A stretch of DNA of 63,688 nucleotides from sequence record MK250019.1; one strand, written 5' to 3'. Positions 1-11,221 of this stretch are shown here, piece after piece (within the stretch, counting starts at the first letter, position 1; every line of letters begins with the position of its first letter). Position numbers and translations under genes: made by a program. The notes beneath the pieces are model-generated. The model was not told the origin of the DNA and made no database searches. It saw only the letters and a list, made by a program, of their open reading frames with translations.

Positions 1-89
1 TGTGTCAGTATAATAATAATGTGTTATAGTTTTATCTGATGATACTTCTCCTTTTTTTAAATATTTAATACCATTTATCGTTAACATAA

Positions 90-1148
90 TTATTTAGATT
101 TCTTTGTATTTTTATTTGTATTAGATTTATCTGTACTATTAGTTTTCTTATCTGATTTACCGGTAGATGTATCTTTTTTACCAATGGATGTATCTGCAGT
201 TTTTTTTGCTACGTCCTCTTTAGTAATACCTTGATTTGCATATTCTATAGCTGGATCATTTGAATTATATGGTATTTTTAATTCATCTAACACAATACAA
301 GAATCATTTGTAGAATATATACGTGTATGACTACTTGCAAATTGATCTTTTGATGTAAACATTGTTTGTTTAGATGTTGCTGATGCAGTTTGAAATGCAT
401 TATCTTTTGAATTTTCAAATATATTACCACCTTGACCGGTAAATGTTTGATATTCATCATGTACAGGATATGCATTAGAATTTCCCATACCTGCACCACC
501 AGTATCACCAAAACCACCACCGTCTAAACCACCGCCAGAAACTTCAGTACCTAATCCTGATAAATCAGCTAAGTTTACAGAACCCATTTTACTTAATACT
601 GCATTTGCCCATGATGTTCTGCATGTTAGTGCACCAATATATCCATCTTTAAATGTACGTCTGCTACCATCTGCCATATATGATGTTTTACACCATGTAT
701 ATGATTTCATAGATTGCTATGAACGTAATCTTGTTCCTTTACCTGCAGAACCATTTTCATAACCGCGTAGCACAATATCAGTTGATTGTCCAACTGATGT
801 AGTTTTTCTTAACAAATTAATAAATGATTCAGAGCATCCTTTTGTTACAATAGCTATTTGCTAATCTAATGACCAATTTTCTATAGGTCTAGAATTATTG
901 AATTGTCTCTATATTTGACGTTTCCATGCATTAGACCATTGTGCAAGTCCGGCACCATATCCGGAACCATTTGCAGATGAACCTTTAAATCTTCCAGATT
1001 TTTCAGCAGCGTTATATGCTCCAGGATCACAACCAGATTCTTCCATAAAACATCCTGCAAATCCAGCAGCCTAGAAATCTTTAAGATGCCATGTATCCAT
1101 TATTTTCTTTGTTATATAAACACCATTTAATAATTTTTTACCTGCCAT
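90..1148 (-). CDS. Phage tail lysozyme-like peptidoglycan hydrolase (352 aa with TAG=Gln)
   Basis: ATG at 1148 reads in frame through 4 TAG into ORF 90..710. Motifs F(Q)AAGFAGCFMEESG, GAGLAQWS and RGYENG match the phage tail lysozyme family. Confidence 0.8.
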
Positions 1149-1154
1149 AAATCA

Positions 1155-2078
1155 TTAACCATTAGTTTTAACTGAACTATTTACTATATTTAATGTTGTC
1201 GTATTTGATGAAACACTAGAATCCCAAGGATTTATTGGAATTGATAATTCGTCTAATACGATAGAAGAATCATTTGTTGAATATATACGAGTTGTTTTTA
1301 AATTCATTACTGAAGAATCATTCATCTATTTATATGCTGTAGAATCTGTATATGTTAATCTTAATTTATTTTCACCAACTATTTCAAATACAGATTTTGA
1401 ACCATTACCTGATGCAATAGTTTCATATTCATCATGTACAGGATATGTATTTGAAGTATAATTAAATTGTGAACCTGCACGACCATTAAATGTACCACCA
1501 ATACCATATCCTGTATTCATTTGTTGTTGCATTGTATTTCCATTAACAGAAGAAAAATCTAATGGTGTATCAATGCTTACACCAGAATTTCGCCATATAA
1601 TAGAATATCCTGGTTTAATTGATGTATAACATGGCATACCTGCTCGTTTTTTTCCATTTGGACCTGGTCGTCCATCATGTATATTTCCCCATGCGTATGA
1701 CATAAAAGAAGATCCGTTTTTTCCATAAAATACTTCAACATGACCATTTCTTGCAATTATATCGAATGGCTATAATAGTGTAAATCCTGAAAATCGTAAT
1801 GGAGAGAAACCTGCTTTTTTAAGATACCTTGCAGTTGTACTTGTAGTAGATGCAAATTCATGTGAAGATACAAGATAAGATTTTGGAAACGCACCAAATA
1901 ACTATAAACATGCTGATGTAAAGCCTGAACAATCATCTCCTACACTATTACCTAATAAAGGACATGAATACATACGTCTTGATCCTGTTGCATGTCCAGA
2001 AACACCACCCTAATATGTATGAATATTATGAAAGTAAAAAGTACCCATAGATTGAACAGCTTGATTCCATGTTGCCAT
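1155..2078 (-). CDS. NlpC/P60-like Cys peptidase (307 aa with TAG=Gln)
   Basis: ATG 2078 to TAA 1155 with 4 in-frame TAG. GDDCSGFTSACL and (Q)PFDIIARNGHVEVF give the Cys/His catalytic motifs. Confidence 0.8.
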
Positions 2079-2243
2079 ATATTATTAATTCAGTTAAATA
2101 AATTTTAAATATTTATTAAATAAAAAGGAGTATATCAAATAAACTGAATATTTGATACACTCCTAAAATTAGTTTAATATAAACCAATATATGTTTATAT
2201 TTTTAAATTACACAAAATTCTCATTTAAAGTTTGTCTTATAAA

Positions 2244-2417
2244 TTACATAGGACAAACTGTAGAATCTGCTGCTGTAGAATCAGCAGCTACTGAATCAAC
2301 AACTGTAGTATCTGTTGCTGTAGAATCAGCACCAGCACCATAACCAACAGTCTTGTTACCGCATGATGCAAAACTCAATGTTACAACAGCAGCAAGTACG
2401 AATAAAATCTTTTTCAT
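2244..2417 (-). CDS. Small Bacteroidota-type lipoprotein (57 aa)
   Basis: MKKILFVLAAVVTLSFASC signal peptide with lipobox, followed by DST/DSV/DTT repeats. Has its own promoter at 2486-2514. Not in the ORF track. Confidence 0.75.
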   Translation of the reverse strand: MKKILFVLAAVVTLSFASCGNKTVGYGAGADSTATDTTVVDSVAADSTAADSTVCPM

Positions 2418-2485
2418 ATTCTTCTTTACTTAAAATTTATTTTTTAAACTTTATTATTTATCTCAATTATTTAAAAAGTTCTTAT

Positions 2486-2514
2486 ATTATAGTGAAAAAA
2501 TATATTTTTGTCTA
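2486..2514 (-). promoter_or_regulatory. sigma70-like promoter TAGACA-N17-TATAAT
   Basis: Exact 17-nt spacer. The motif recurs at least six more times upstream of leftward genes or tRNAs. Confidence 0.6.
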
Positions 2515-2581
2515 TAATTTATTATCTATAATTTTGAAGATAAATAAATAAAATATAAACAAAATATACTTTGATAATAAT

Positions 2582-3208
2582 ATGGCAGTAACAAATGGAC
2601 CTACATTACCTAAGAAATCCCCAGGTTTGTTAGGATTATCACATTTTAGAAATAGCCGTGTAGCAACATCTCTTTGGGAACCAATATATTTGAATTTATT
2701 TACTGTTCAATTAACATGTCCTCAAGGTATGGTAGATACTACAGATGATGAGCGCTTAAATATTATTCTTGAAGGTGTATCGTCAGTTGGTTAGATTTCT
2801 ACTTCATTTGGTGCAAATGCAACAGAGCAGAAGTATAAATTTGCACAGCGTTCATTCGCAGGCGCAAAACCTGATAGAACAAACGTTGATTTGACATTAC
2901 ACTTTAATCTTAACCTTTCTTATGATAACGGTTCACCAGAGAACTATACATATAAGTTCCTTCGTGAATGGGTTGACCTTATTTATGATCCTCTTACAGG
3001 TCGTGAAGGTCTTAAGAAAGATTATGTTGCGCCTTCTATGACTATTACTATGCAAGACCGTGCAGGTAATCCTTATTGGCAATGGGTATTCTATTACATT
3101 TTCCCTACAACCGGTGTACCTGGTCCTACACTTAATTATGATAGTACAGACCTTATGTCATGTGATATGACATTCCGTGCTGACTGGTGGGATGAATGTA
3201 TGCTTTAA
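2582..3208 (+). CDS. T4 gp19-like tail tube protein (208 aa, one TAG=Gln)
   Basis: ORFs 2582..2794 and 2891..3208 are in one frame joined by TAG 2792. The translation has a tail-tube-like pattern (F.REWVDLIYDP.TG..G.KKDY, MTFRADWW). Confidence 0.75.
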
Positions 3209-3256
3209 TATTCATATATTTTATAGTAATATGAAGTTAAAAAGTTTATATAAAAT

Positions 3257-3295
3257 AAAGAGACTTAGAATAATTCTTAATTCTAAGTCTCTTTT
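3257..3295. terminator. Bidirectional intrinsic terminator
   Basis: AAAGAGACTTAGAA...TTCTAAGTCTCTTT inverted repeat between convergent genes. Confidence 0.7.
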
Positions 3296-3311
3296 ACATT
3301 ATAAAATATAT

Positions 3312-4157
3312 TTAATCTTCTTTCTTTCTACGTCCACCTCTATTAACACGTCTACGTCCGCGTGTAGGTTTTTCTTCTTCAATTACTGGTTCGACTTCTT
3401 TTAATTCAGGTTCTTCAACTGGTGATTCTGCAATAATTTCATGCGAATCTGTATCCATAAGTTTTGCAGTTGACCATGTATCATCATCTGAACCAAATGT
3501 TTCTATTAATTCATCTACAGCATTATCAGAATCTTCATTCTATTTTTCAAAAATATCATTAGATTCTATATTTAAATTTGAATCATCTACATCATTTAAT
3601 ATAGAATCTACATCATCTGATGTTTCCACTGGTTCAATCTCATCAGGAATACTATCTACTAATGGCATACCATAACAAGACGACGTTTCTATTGATGAAT
3701 CTTCATTTTTATCTGTATTATTTCCAATATTATCTGGAATTGGATTTGGTATATAATTTTCAGGTACTTTATGTATTAAATCACCTTCTACAAATCCATC
3801 TCCATCTGTATCTATTGGAAATAAATGTGGATCATGACAATCGCAATGATGATGCAGTGGACATGGCGGTATTGGTTGACAACAATGATCATGTTTACAG
3901 TGTTCACACTCACAATGATGTTTACAGTGTTCACACTCACAATCACAATGATGACAATCACAATAATGTTCACAGCAATCACAATGATCACATTTACTGC
4001 ATGAATCTGTAAATTCACAATCAACACAATGATGATGGTGATGACAATGATGACAATGGCAGAAACAATAAGTTCCAACTGGTCTAATATTCATAATTTT
4101 ATTACCTAAATTCCAATCACTCCAATTATCATATGATACTTTACTTGATGTTTGCAT
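3312..4157 (-). CDS. His/Cys-rich (metallothionein-like) protein with acidic middle and basic tail (281 aa)
   Basis: ORF 3540..4157 reads through TAG to TAA 3312. About 80 aa are mostly C and H. Confidence 0.7.
3891..3943 (-). repeat. 27-nt-period tandem duplication encoding CECEHCKH x2
   Basis: ATGTTTACAGTGTTCACACTCACAAT at 3891-3916 and 3918-3943. Confidence 0.85.
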
Positions 4158-4188
4158 ATATCTATTTTATTATTAATTAATTTTCATT

Positions 4189-4689
4189 TTATAGTGTTAT
4201 TTCATCCTCAATTTCATCCTTTGAATCATCTTCAGGTTCTACAGGTCTAACATTAATAGTTCCATGAGGACCATGTGAACAACCGTTTTCATCAATAACT
4301 TCTTCAAACATCATAGGTTTACGATTTTTTGAATGGAATTTATGCCAATCTGGTCTATCATCATCATCAAATGGTGTCATAAGTCTTGTTGTTGCAATAC
4401 CATATGGTTTATGCTAATTAAAGCAAGGCATATTCATATGACTATATCTATTAGGGTGACATGGATCACATATATTACAACCATCTGCAGGACATGTATA
4501 CATTGATGGATTCTTATGTTTAATAATAAACTGTGTTTTATGAGATCCACAAGGACGCATAATAGGTTCAGGACAAACAGGAGGTCTCCAAGGTTTACTA
4601 ACTTCTACAGAAGGCGTGTATTTGTTAACTTGCTATTCAAAATAACCAACCCATGCATCTGGGATATTACTTATATTTGTAGTTATCAT
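4189..4689 (-). CDS. Cys/Pro/His-rich hypothetical protein (166 aa)
   Basis: ATG 4689 reads through 2 TAG into ORF 4189..4380. Confidence 0.65.
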
Positions 4690-4721
4690 TTGTTATATTA
4701 ATTTATTTTTATTTTATTTGA

Positions 4722-5672
4722 TTATCTAAGATAATTTCTAAACTTCTTTAACATCGCCTTCCAATTAACTTGAGGATTGTTTTTATTAGATGTTATCTTC
4801 AAAACATTTTTCTGAATTATCATTAGGAAATCAATTATATTATCTAATCTTTTAAATACAAGATTTGAACTGACGGTATAAGATACACCATTATCTAATA
4901 ATTTTATACCATTATTAGGATATTCTTTATTAATACGAGAAATAAGTTTCTATACTTTTTCAATACCAACTTCATTATCCATTGGTCTTATTTTAATATT
5001 ATTTTCAGGAAACAAATAATAAAAGTCTTCAAATGTTAAATGTAATGCAGATAATGGAATAGGTGCAAACATTCCCTTATTTGTATACTTATTATATGTT
5101 ACTTTACCTAATATTGATTTTAAAAATTCTTGTCTTTGATCATATGCTTTACTTGCTTTCTTCTACTCTTTAGAATAATTTTTTAATAACATATCCATTT
5201 GTTCAGTATTATTAAAATAATCTTCAAGCAAAACTTTTATTGAATTTACCATCCTATCTTTTCGCTTTAATTTATTATATTTATCATTAAAGATAGTTTC
5301 ATATAATTTTATAGCTACATCAAAACCATATGATTCATTAATATTCTTATTATATTTTAATGAATTATAATTTAATGTTAATTTATTTCGAGTCTTATTA
5401 TCAATAACATAAACTAAATATGGGACTTGTGTGGTAGAACTAAATAAAATATTTGTAATTCTACCTGTATGATATTTCTAATCATCTATACATAAACCTT
5501 TTACATTATCACCGATATTAAATTTACATTTATTATATTTCTTTGTCTTCACATCATTTCCTCTCTATTGTAAATTAAAAGATAAAGGCATGATTTTATA
5601 TAAGAATCCATTATTTCTCGTACTACCATTAATATTATAATTTCTCTAAGATGGTTGATTTATTGGATTCAT
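4722..5672 (-). CDS. Hypothetical protein (316 aa), open only under code 15
   Basis: ATG 5672 to TAA 4722 with only TAG interruptions. Absent from the ORF track. Confidence 0.65.
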
Positions 5673-5685
5673 AATTTATAGTATA

Positions 5686-6279
5686 TTAAAATTTTACTGC
5701 ATATGCATTATTTACTCCACAAAGACCAGCATCAGGATTAGGTAATTTCTAATCTTGACCATAATCAGCAGTAGAGCATTTATCTAATCTAAAAAGGTAT
5801 ACATACTTATGAATAACAGAAAGAAAACTACTTGTTAATGAACGAGCGCCTTCATATTCAATATCATCTACATGTAATGTAAACCAATTTTGCACACATT
5901 GTTTTAATTCATTAATAATTTCAAGAGGATTATCACTAATAGGTAATTCAATTTTAGTAATATCAGAACCTTGTAATACTCCAATTATTGACTACACTAC
6001 TTCAAATATATCTTCTTTATATTGTTGTAGTCTCCACATAAAATCTTGAATATGCATCTTATATTGATTATTAGGTGTTACACTTGCTAAATTATTAAAT
6101 TTGGTATAAAATGCGATAATTTTTGTTAAATAAATAACATCATCACATTTCTATGGTTCACACTTTGAATCATCAATAGTAGATTTAATTCCTGCTACAT
6201 ATTCTGTTTCTTCTGGTGTAATATTCTGTGTAATATATCTTACTGTATCTTTGTCCATTAACGGTAACATTGTTGGCAT
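5686..6279 (-). CDS. Hypothetical helical protein (197 aa), possibly ferritin-like
   Basis: ATG 6279 to TAA 5686 with 3 TAG. The fold is a weak guess. Confidence 0.55.
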
Positions 6280-6299
6280 AATATAATATGTTTATTTTC

Positions 6300-6433
6300 A
6301 TATTTATTCAACATTTATTTCTTGTTTCACAGACACGCTACTTTTTAGTATAGTTAAATAATTTAACTTCTTTCATCCATAGTTGGTATCTCCGCAAGCG
6401 TAAATTCGGGTATGTTCATCCCTATTTAATATC
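6300..6433 (-). ncRNA. Probable TnpB omega-RNA scaffold / IS200-IS605 right end
   Basis: Directly after the tnpB stop: ATAGGG...CCCGAATTTACGCTTGCGGAG...GTGTCTGTGAAACAAGAA, resembling IS605/IS1341 right-end RNAs. Boundaries approximate. Confidence 0.6.
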
Positions 6434-7564
6434 TTATATTAATATTTGTTTTAAACCATTATCTAATATATTTAATGATGCATTATAATCTCTATCAATT
6501 TCTTTACCACAATGAGGACATATCCATTCACGTTCACTTAATTTTAAGTCTTTATAAATATAACCACAATTATGACATGTTTTAGATGATGGATAGAATC
6601 TATCTATTATAATTAACTATCTTCCATACCATCTACATTTATATTCTAACTAACGTCTAAATTCATATAAAGATAATTCTTGAATAGATTTTGCTAATTT
6701 ATGATTAGACATCATACCTTTCACATTCAAATCTTCAATACAGATAATTTGGTTTTCATTAACTAATTTTGAAGTGATTTGATGTAAATACGTATTACGT
6801 TGATTACTTATCTTTTCATGAACTTTTGCTAATTTAATTTTTAATTTATTTCTATTGTTACTTCCTTTTTGCTTTTTACTTAATTGCCGTTGTAGTTTCT
6901 TTAATTTCTTTTCTTGATTTTTATAGAAATGCTTATTCTCATATCTATTTCTATTAGAATCTACAATAAAATCTTTAATTCCTAAATCCAACCCTATTAC
7001 TGTATCTAATTTTTCTTTCTAAATTATATTATAATCAATAAGAATCGATAAGTAATATTTGTTTGTAGATGTTTTAGTAAGAGTAACAGAATGAATATAT
7101 TTTTCATTATGATTTAAATAGATTTCCTCTTTTCTTGAACATTTAAATAATATATTTGTTAACTATTTTATTAAAGTTATTCTATTACCATTAATTTTCT
7201 TCTTCCCTCTAAAAATTAAATTTGTAAATCTACAACTCTATTTTGTATCTTTTTTAGATTTAAATTTAGGATAACCTTTATGTAATTTAAAGAAATTATC
7301 ATATGCTTTTAATAAATCCTGCATCGTTTGTGCTAAACACATTGCATATACATCATTAAGAAATAGATATTCATCTTGTTTCTTTAAATTAGTTAAATAT
7401 TTACCTAACTAAGATAAAGATGTATTTTGCTTATATTCTTTATACTATGTTTTCTTATAATCTAATAATTTATTATATATAAGTCTACAACAACCTAACT
7501 GTTTAGAAATAAAATCTTTCTAAACAGAATCAGGATATATTCTTATTTTAATTGCTTTTAACAT
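6434..7564 (-). CDS. tnpB: TnpB RNA-guided nuclease (IS200/IS605 family), 376 aa with 8 TAG=Gln
   Basis: [14 protein letters not shown](Q), Ruv[12 protein letters not shown], Ruv[14 protein letters not shown](Q)LEYK, Zn finger CHNC/CPHC, Ruv[15 protein letters not shown]. No tnpA adjacent. Confidence 0.93.
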
Positions 7565-7577
7565 AATATAATAAAAA

Positions 7578-7706
7578 ATCGTTTATATTTTTAATTTGTA
7601 TAAAAATTGGCCGGTTAATACAAATTATTAATATAAACGATCTATAAATATCTTTAATTATATAGTATATTCAAAATTATAAAAATAGTCTAAATTAACC
7701 GGCCAA
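7578..7706. repeat. Two interleaved inverted repeats upstream of tnpB (candidate IS left end)
   Basis: 12-bp IR at 7578-7589/7630-7641 and 13-bp IR TTGGCCGGTTAAT at 7607-7619/7694-7706. Confidence 0.75.
7664..7692 (-). promoter_or_regulatory. sigma70-like promoter TAGACT-N17-TATACT for tnpB
   Basis: Same motif class as 2486-2514. Confidence 0.55.
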
Positions 7707-7794
7707 AGTTTTTAAACATATTTCTTATATTATTTATCTAAATTATTTTAAAAATTATTGTAAATTAATAAATATTTTTATATTTATTTAAAAT

Positions 7795-7832
7795 AAAAAA
7801 GAGACTTGTATTTAATCTACAAGTCTCTTTTA
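7795..7832 (-). terminator. Intrinsic terminator
   Basis: GAGACTTGTA...TACAAGTCTC hairpin flanked by A/T runs. Confidence 0.7.
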
Positions 7833-7835
7833 TTA

Positions 7836-8333
7836 TTAAATCTTTTTCTTCAAAATAGAATCTCTATATTTAACAACCTCATCTTTTGTATAAAAAAGAT
7901 TATTTGTTAATGCTCTCCATGAATCAGCTGCTGGATCTTTTCCAATATAAGATGATGAAGTCTGACCAGATGAATTAATAAAATAATAGAATGTTACTGG
8001 TTTCAAACGATGATACCCAACTCTGGAAATCTCCTTATTTGCATATACCTCATGAAGGCTGCAGATACCAGTGATATAATTAATATCTGTGATTCTATAC
8101 AATCTTGTCTCATATAATACAATATCATCTATCTTAAAAGAAATATCTACACATTTCTTTACAAACTTTGAATTTGAAATATCAAAATCAGAAATTTGTA
8201 CACCATTTGGAAATGACGCAACTTTAGTTATTGCATTATAAGTAAAGATTGTATCCTTTTTCAGATTACCGAATGGAAGGTCTGCACTAAGGATATATTT
8301 CTTCTCTGTTGTCTTATTTTTCTTTGTATTCAT
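7836..8333 (-). CDS. Hypothetical protein
   Basis: 165-aa ORF downstream of a Bacteroidota-type promoter motif. Confidence 0.65.
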   Translation of the reverse strand: MNTKKNKTTEKKYILSADLPFGNLKKDTIFTYNAITKVASFPNGVQISDFDISNSKFVKKCVDISFKIDDIVLYETRLYRITDINYITGICSLHEVYANKEISRVGYHRLKPVTFYYFINSSGQTSSSYIGKDPAADSWRALTNNLFYTKDEVVKYRDSILKKKI

Positions 8334-8364
8334 AATCTTTATTTTTTAATTGTTTATTATTTCA

Positions 8365-8400
8365 TTAACAATACAAAGATACATATTTTATTTGAAATAA
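8365..8400 (-). promoter_or_regulatory. Bacteroidota-type promoter (-7 element TATCTTTG)
   Basis: TATGTATCTTTGTATTGTTAA-like motif, 7 copies in the window, containing the TAnnTTTG consensus. Confidence 0.65.
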
Positions 8401-8406
8401 AAAAAA

Positions 8407-9900
8407 TTAATTAGGTAATTTCATCGGTAATTGTATAGCAGATGGGATATTCCATGCATTTGCTTTAATACCATTTGAATAACCAAATTTTATAATTCTA
8501 TCATTTGCAATCTGCTCTTGTAATGATGATGATATATATCCATCTTTTGTTATATAATAAAGAAATGTTCTATTATCAGATATAACTACATCCTTTTTAT
8601 TGGATATTGCTTTATTTAATTCACCAGGTTCAGATTGATTTGGAAATTCTCGTGATTTAGAAATTAGTAATTGTGGATGTCCCGGATCACATATTTTCTT
8701 ATAACCTGTATTTATATTAATTTCCATAAAATCATACATATATGGTAAATAAGACGGTAACCACAATTTCCAAGCAGCATTTTCATTAATAAGCATAATA
8801 AAATCTTGTATCAATACAGATTTACCATCAGGTGATATGATCGATTTCAATGCTCTAACATTATTATTAATTATATCAGATTTACTATATGAATCAGGAA
8901 GTTCATTAAACCATTCTGGCACAATTTTTAATCTATCATACCTTGTACCTTCATACCTAAATGTATCTTTAACTATAAATTTTCCATTTTCATCTTTATC
9001 AGATAAATCATATGAAATAGTATAAGGTGATTTATAATTATTTTTTATACATTCATGATCCGGTACAAATTTATCTACAATATTTGACAAATTATGCCAG
9101 AAATCAAATGAGTATGAAGATAAACTAAATCTATGTAAATAATCATTTACTGTTTCTTTTGAAAAATAATCTTGCTGTATTTCTGCAATTATACTAGATA
9201 CTGATTTAAATACAAAACAATCACTATAATCTCGATTGTTATCATTATCATTATTAGCTATATAATTATGACAATTATATAACCATGCATCTTCATCAAC
9301 AGAAACAAATGCAAGTTTACTTACATATTTCTTATCAAACTCAGTGGATAATTTTACTTTACCAATATATACGACATTACTATTACCTTTACATCTATAT
9401 AACGTACCTGGTACTAAATCTTTTTCTTTAAATGAATTCTTAGTAAACATCTTTTCAGACATTTCATTTGATTCAATATAATCTGTAGAATTTACAGGAA
9501 GCAGTACAAGTTCAGTACCATAATAACTATATACTAATTTACCTTTAATTTCTTTTTTATCAGTGTTACACCAATTTAATATATACAGTAAATTATCTAT
9601 TGATATTTCAATTTCAAATCCACGCGGATCAAATATACGTGCGAATGTCATACGTTGTGACCATCTTTCACCACCTACTCGCTTATTTAATACAAACCCA
9701 TCAATAGGTTCATTATCTATATATAACGGATCTATTTTCTGATCTCTCCATGAATTCCATGAAGCTTCTTTACGTAATTTATTCATTGCATCATAATAAA
9801 TTACATAACCAATTTTTCCTGTATATGTATCAGATCTTTTATTAAATCCAACTGCTAGTTTTTTAGGAATAAAAAAACTATCTTCTTTTTTACCATTCAT
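8407..9900 (-). CDS. Conserved phage hypothetical protein (497 aa, no TAG)
   Basis: Long ORF; the N-terminus VGF..R.DTY.GK.GYVIYYD...LRKE.SW.SWRD resembles a widespread phage family. Confidence 0.75.
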   Translation of the reverse strand: MNGKKEDSFFIPKKLAVGFNKRSDTYTGKIGYVIYYDAMNKLRKEASWNSWRDQKIDPLYIDNEPIDGFVLNKRVGGERWSQRMTFARIFDPRGFEIEISIDNLLYILNWCNTDKKEIKGKLVYSYYGTELVLLPVNSTDYIESNEMSEKMFTKNSFKEKDLVPGTLYRCKGNSNVVYIGKVKLSTEFDKKYVSKLAFVSVDEDAWLYNCHNYIANNDNDNNRDYSDCFVFKSVSSIIAEIQQDYFSKETVNDYLHRFSLSSYSFDFWHNLSNIVDKFVPDHECIKNNYKSPYTISYDLSDKDENGKFIVKDTFRYEGTRYDRLKIVPEWFNELPDSYSKSDIINNNVRALKSIISPDGKSVLIQDFIMLINENAAWKLWLPSYLPYMYDFMEININTGYKKICDPGHPQLLISKSREFPNQSEPGELNKAISNKKDVVISDNRTFLYYITKDGYISSSLQEQIANDRIIKFGYSNGIKANAWNIPSAIQLPMKLPN

Positions 9901-9906
9901 ATCTAA

Positions 9907-10437
9907 TTAAATTTTATTCTGTTCTCGTAATCGGTCTAATTGCTTATATGGTGAATCTGTTGAATATGATGTACCATGCTTTTGGATTTTAAAGCATTTA
10001 CAATCTAATGATGGTGTATATACATAATTTTTCTGTATACTTTTTTCTATATTATATAAATCGCAGTTACTTTCATAAATTTGTCGTCTGCAAAATATAA
10101 TGTCTGTTACAACAAATAATTTTGGCGATAATCCAAAATTATTTGGATACTTATCTAAATGTAAATACCATGGCTGACCATAAAATGTTATTCGTTTAAA
10201 ATCATCATACCATAAACCAGTATTTGTATCATAATTTGCATCAAATTCAGTTCTACATATTAACATTAAAAAATACCTATCGTACTTATCAACCATAACA
10301 ATGCCATTTGCAAAACGATATTCGGAATTGTTACTAGTACAACTTGTTAATACTTTACATTTAAATAACATCCCTGGATGAATATCAATTTTTTTAATAT
10401 CCGGTAATATCGTTTCTGTATAATTACTCATAATCAT
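9907..10437 (-). CDS. Hypothetical protein
   Basis: 176-aa ORF in tight operon spacing. Confidence 0.65.
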   Translation of the reverse strand: MIMSNYTETILPDIKKIDIHPGMLFKCKVLTSCTSNNSEYRFANGIVMVDKYDRYFLMLICRTEFDANYDTNTGLWYDDFKRITFYGQPWYLHLDKYPNNFGLSPKLFVVTDIIFCRRQIYESNCDLYNIEKSIQKNYVYTPSLDCKCFKIQKHGTSYSTDSPYKQLDRLREQNKI

Positions 10438-10894
10438 ATTTAAATTCTCTAAGAAAAATAGGAGTTAATTCATACTTTTTCCATCCATATAATTTATATT
10501 GATTACATCGTTTTTTGTTATCTAATGTAGTAATAGGTCTATCATATATAGCAACAATTTCTAAATATTTTTTATCAAACCCAAAGTTTAATGTTGTTAT
10601 ATCAAGATTATTAGGATTATAATGATGCCATATACTTTCTTTATTTACATCAATTATAAATGATCTACCCATTACAGGATCTGTAACAGATGTAAAACAT
10701 ATAAGGGCTGCTCCATTTTTATCTGTATACTTACTTATTATAAAAGTTTCAAAAGAAATATATATATTACTAAATCGTTCTGTTGAAATTTTTATAACAA
10801 TAATAGAACCATTAGGTATATGACATAATGTAAATGTACGTCCATCATGAATAGCAACATAACTATCAATAATTTTCCTATTTGTTTTTTCCAT
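10424..10894 (-). CDS. Hypothetical protein
   Basis: 156-aa ORF overlapping the next gene. Confidence 0.6.
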   Translation of the reverse strand: MEKTNRKIIDSYVAIHDGRTFTLCHIPNGSIIVIKISTERFSNIYISFETFIISKYTDKNGAALICFTSVTDPVMGRSFIIDVNKESIWHHYNPNNLDITTLNFGFDKKYLEIVAIYDRPITTLDNKKRCNQYKLYGWKKYELTPIFLREFKYDYE

Positions 10895-11101
10895 AATTTT
10901 ATATATAAAAATAATGCAAAATATAACAAATTTAAATCCACATCATCTTATATTCACTTCAATCCATGTTTCAATCTATAGGGACATTTGTTACATTTTT
11001 GAACGCAACAGGTATGATAAACATCCGCACTTCAATCAGATCCTATAAAACTTCGACGATAAACGTTATATCTTGCATTTATAACTATTCAACTTTTCAT
11101 A

Positions 11102-11172
11102 ATATAGTTTAAAGGATTCGAACCTTTTTCTCTGCTCTCACAGTGTGTTGCCACATACACCATTAAACTATA
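11102..11172 (-). ncRNA. tRNA-like RNA with GAGA tetraloop in place of an anticodon loop
   Basis: Acceptor TATAGTTT/AAACTATA (8 bp), D arm GTGT/ACAC, CTGT-GAGA-GCAG, T arm AAAGG-TTCGAAT-CCTTT. Confidence 0.6.
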
Positions 11173-11221
11173 CATTATAAATGTCATTGATATAGTTATA
11201 TAAACATTAATTCTTAATGTT

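Noticed and set aside
3891-3943. CRISPR-like repeat
   Set aside because: Two adjacent copies with no spacer, in frame within a His/Cys-rich gene. No CRISPR array or cas gene was seen in the window.
3620-4078. Alternative-frame ORFs 3620..4012 and 3812..4078
   Set aside because: By-products of the low-complexity His/Cys repeat.
6300-7800. Autonomous IS605 or IS607 element
   Set aside because: No tnpA (Y1 or serine recombinase) in the window.
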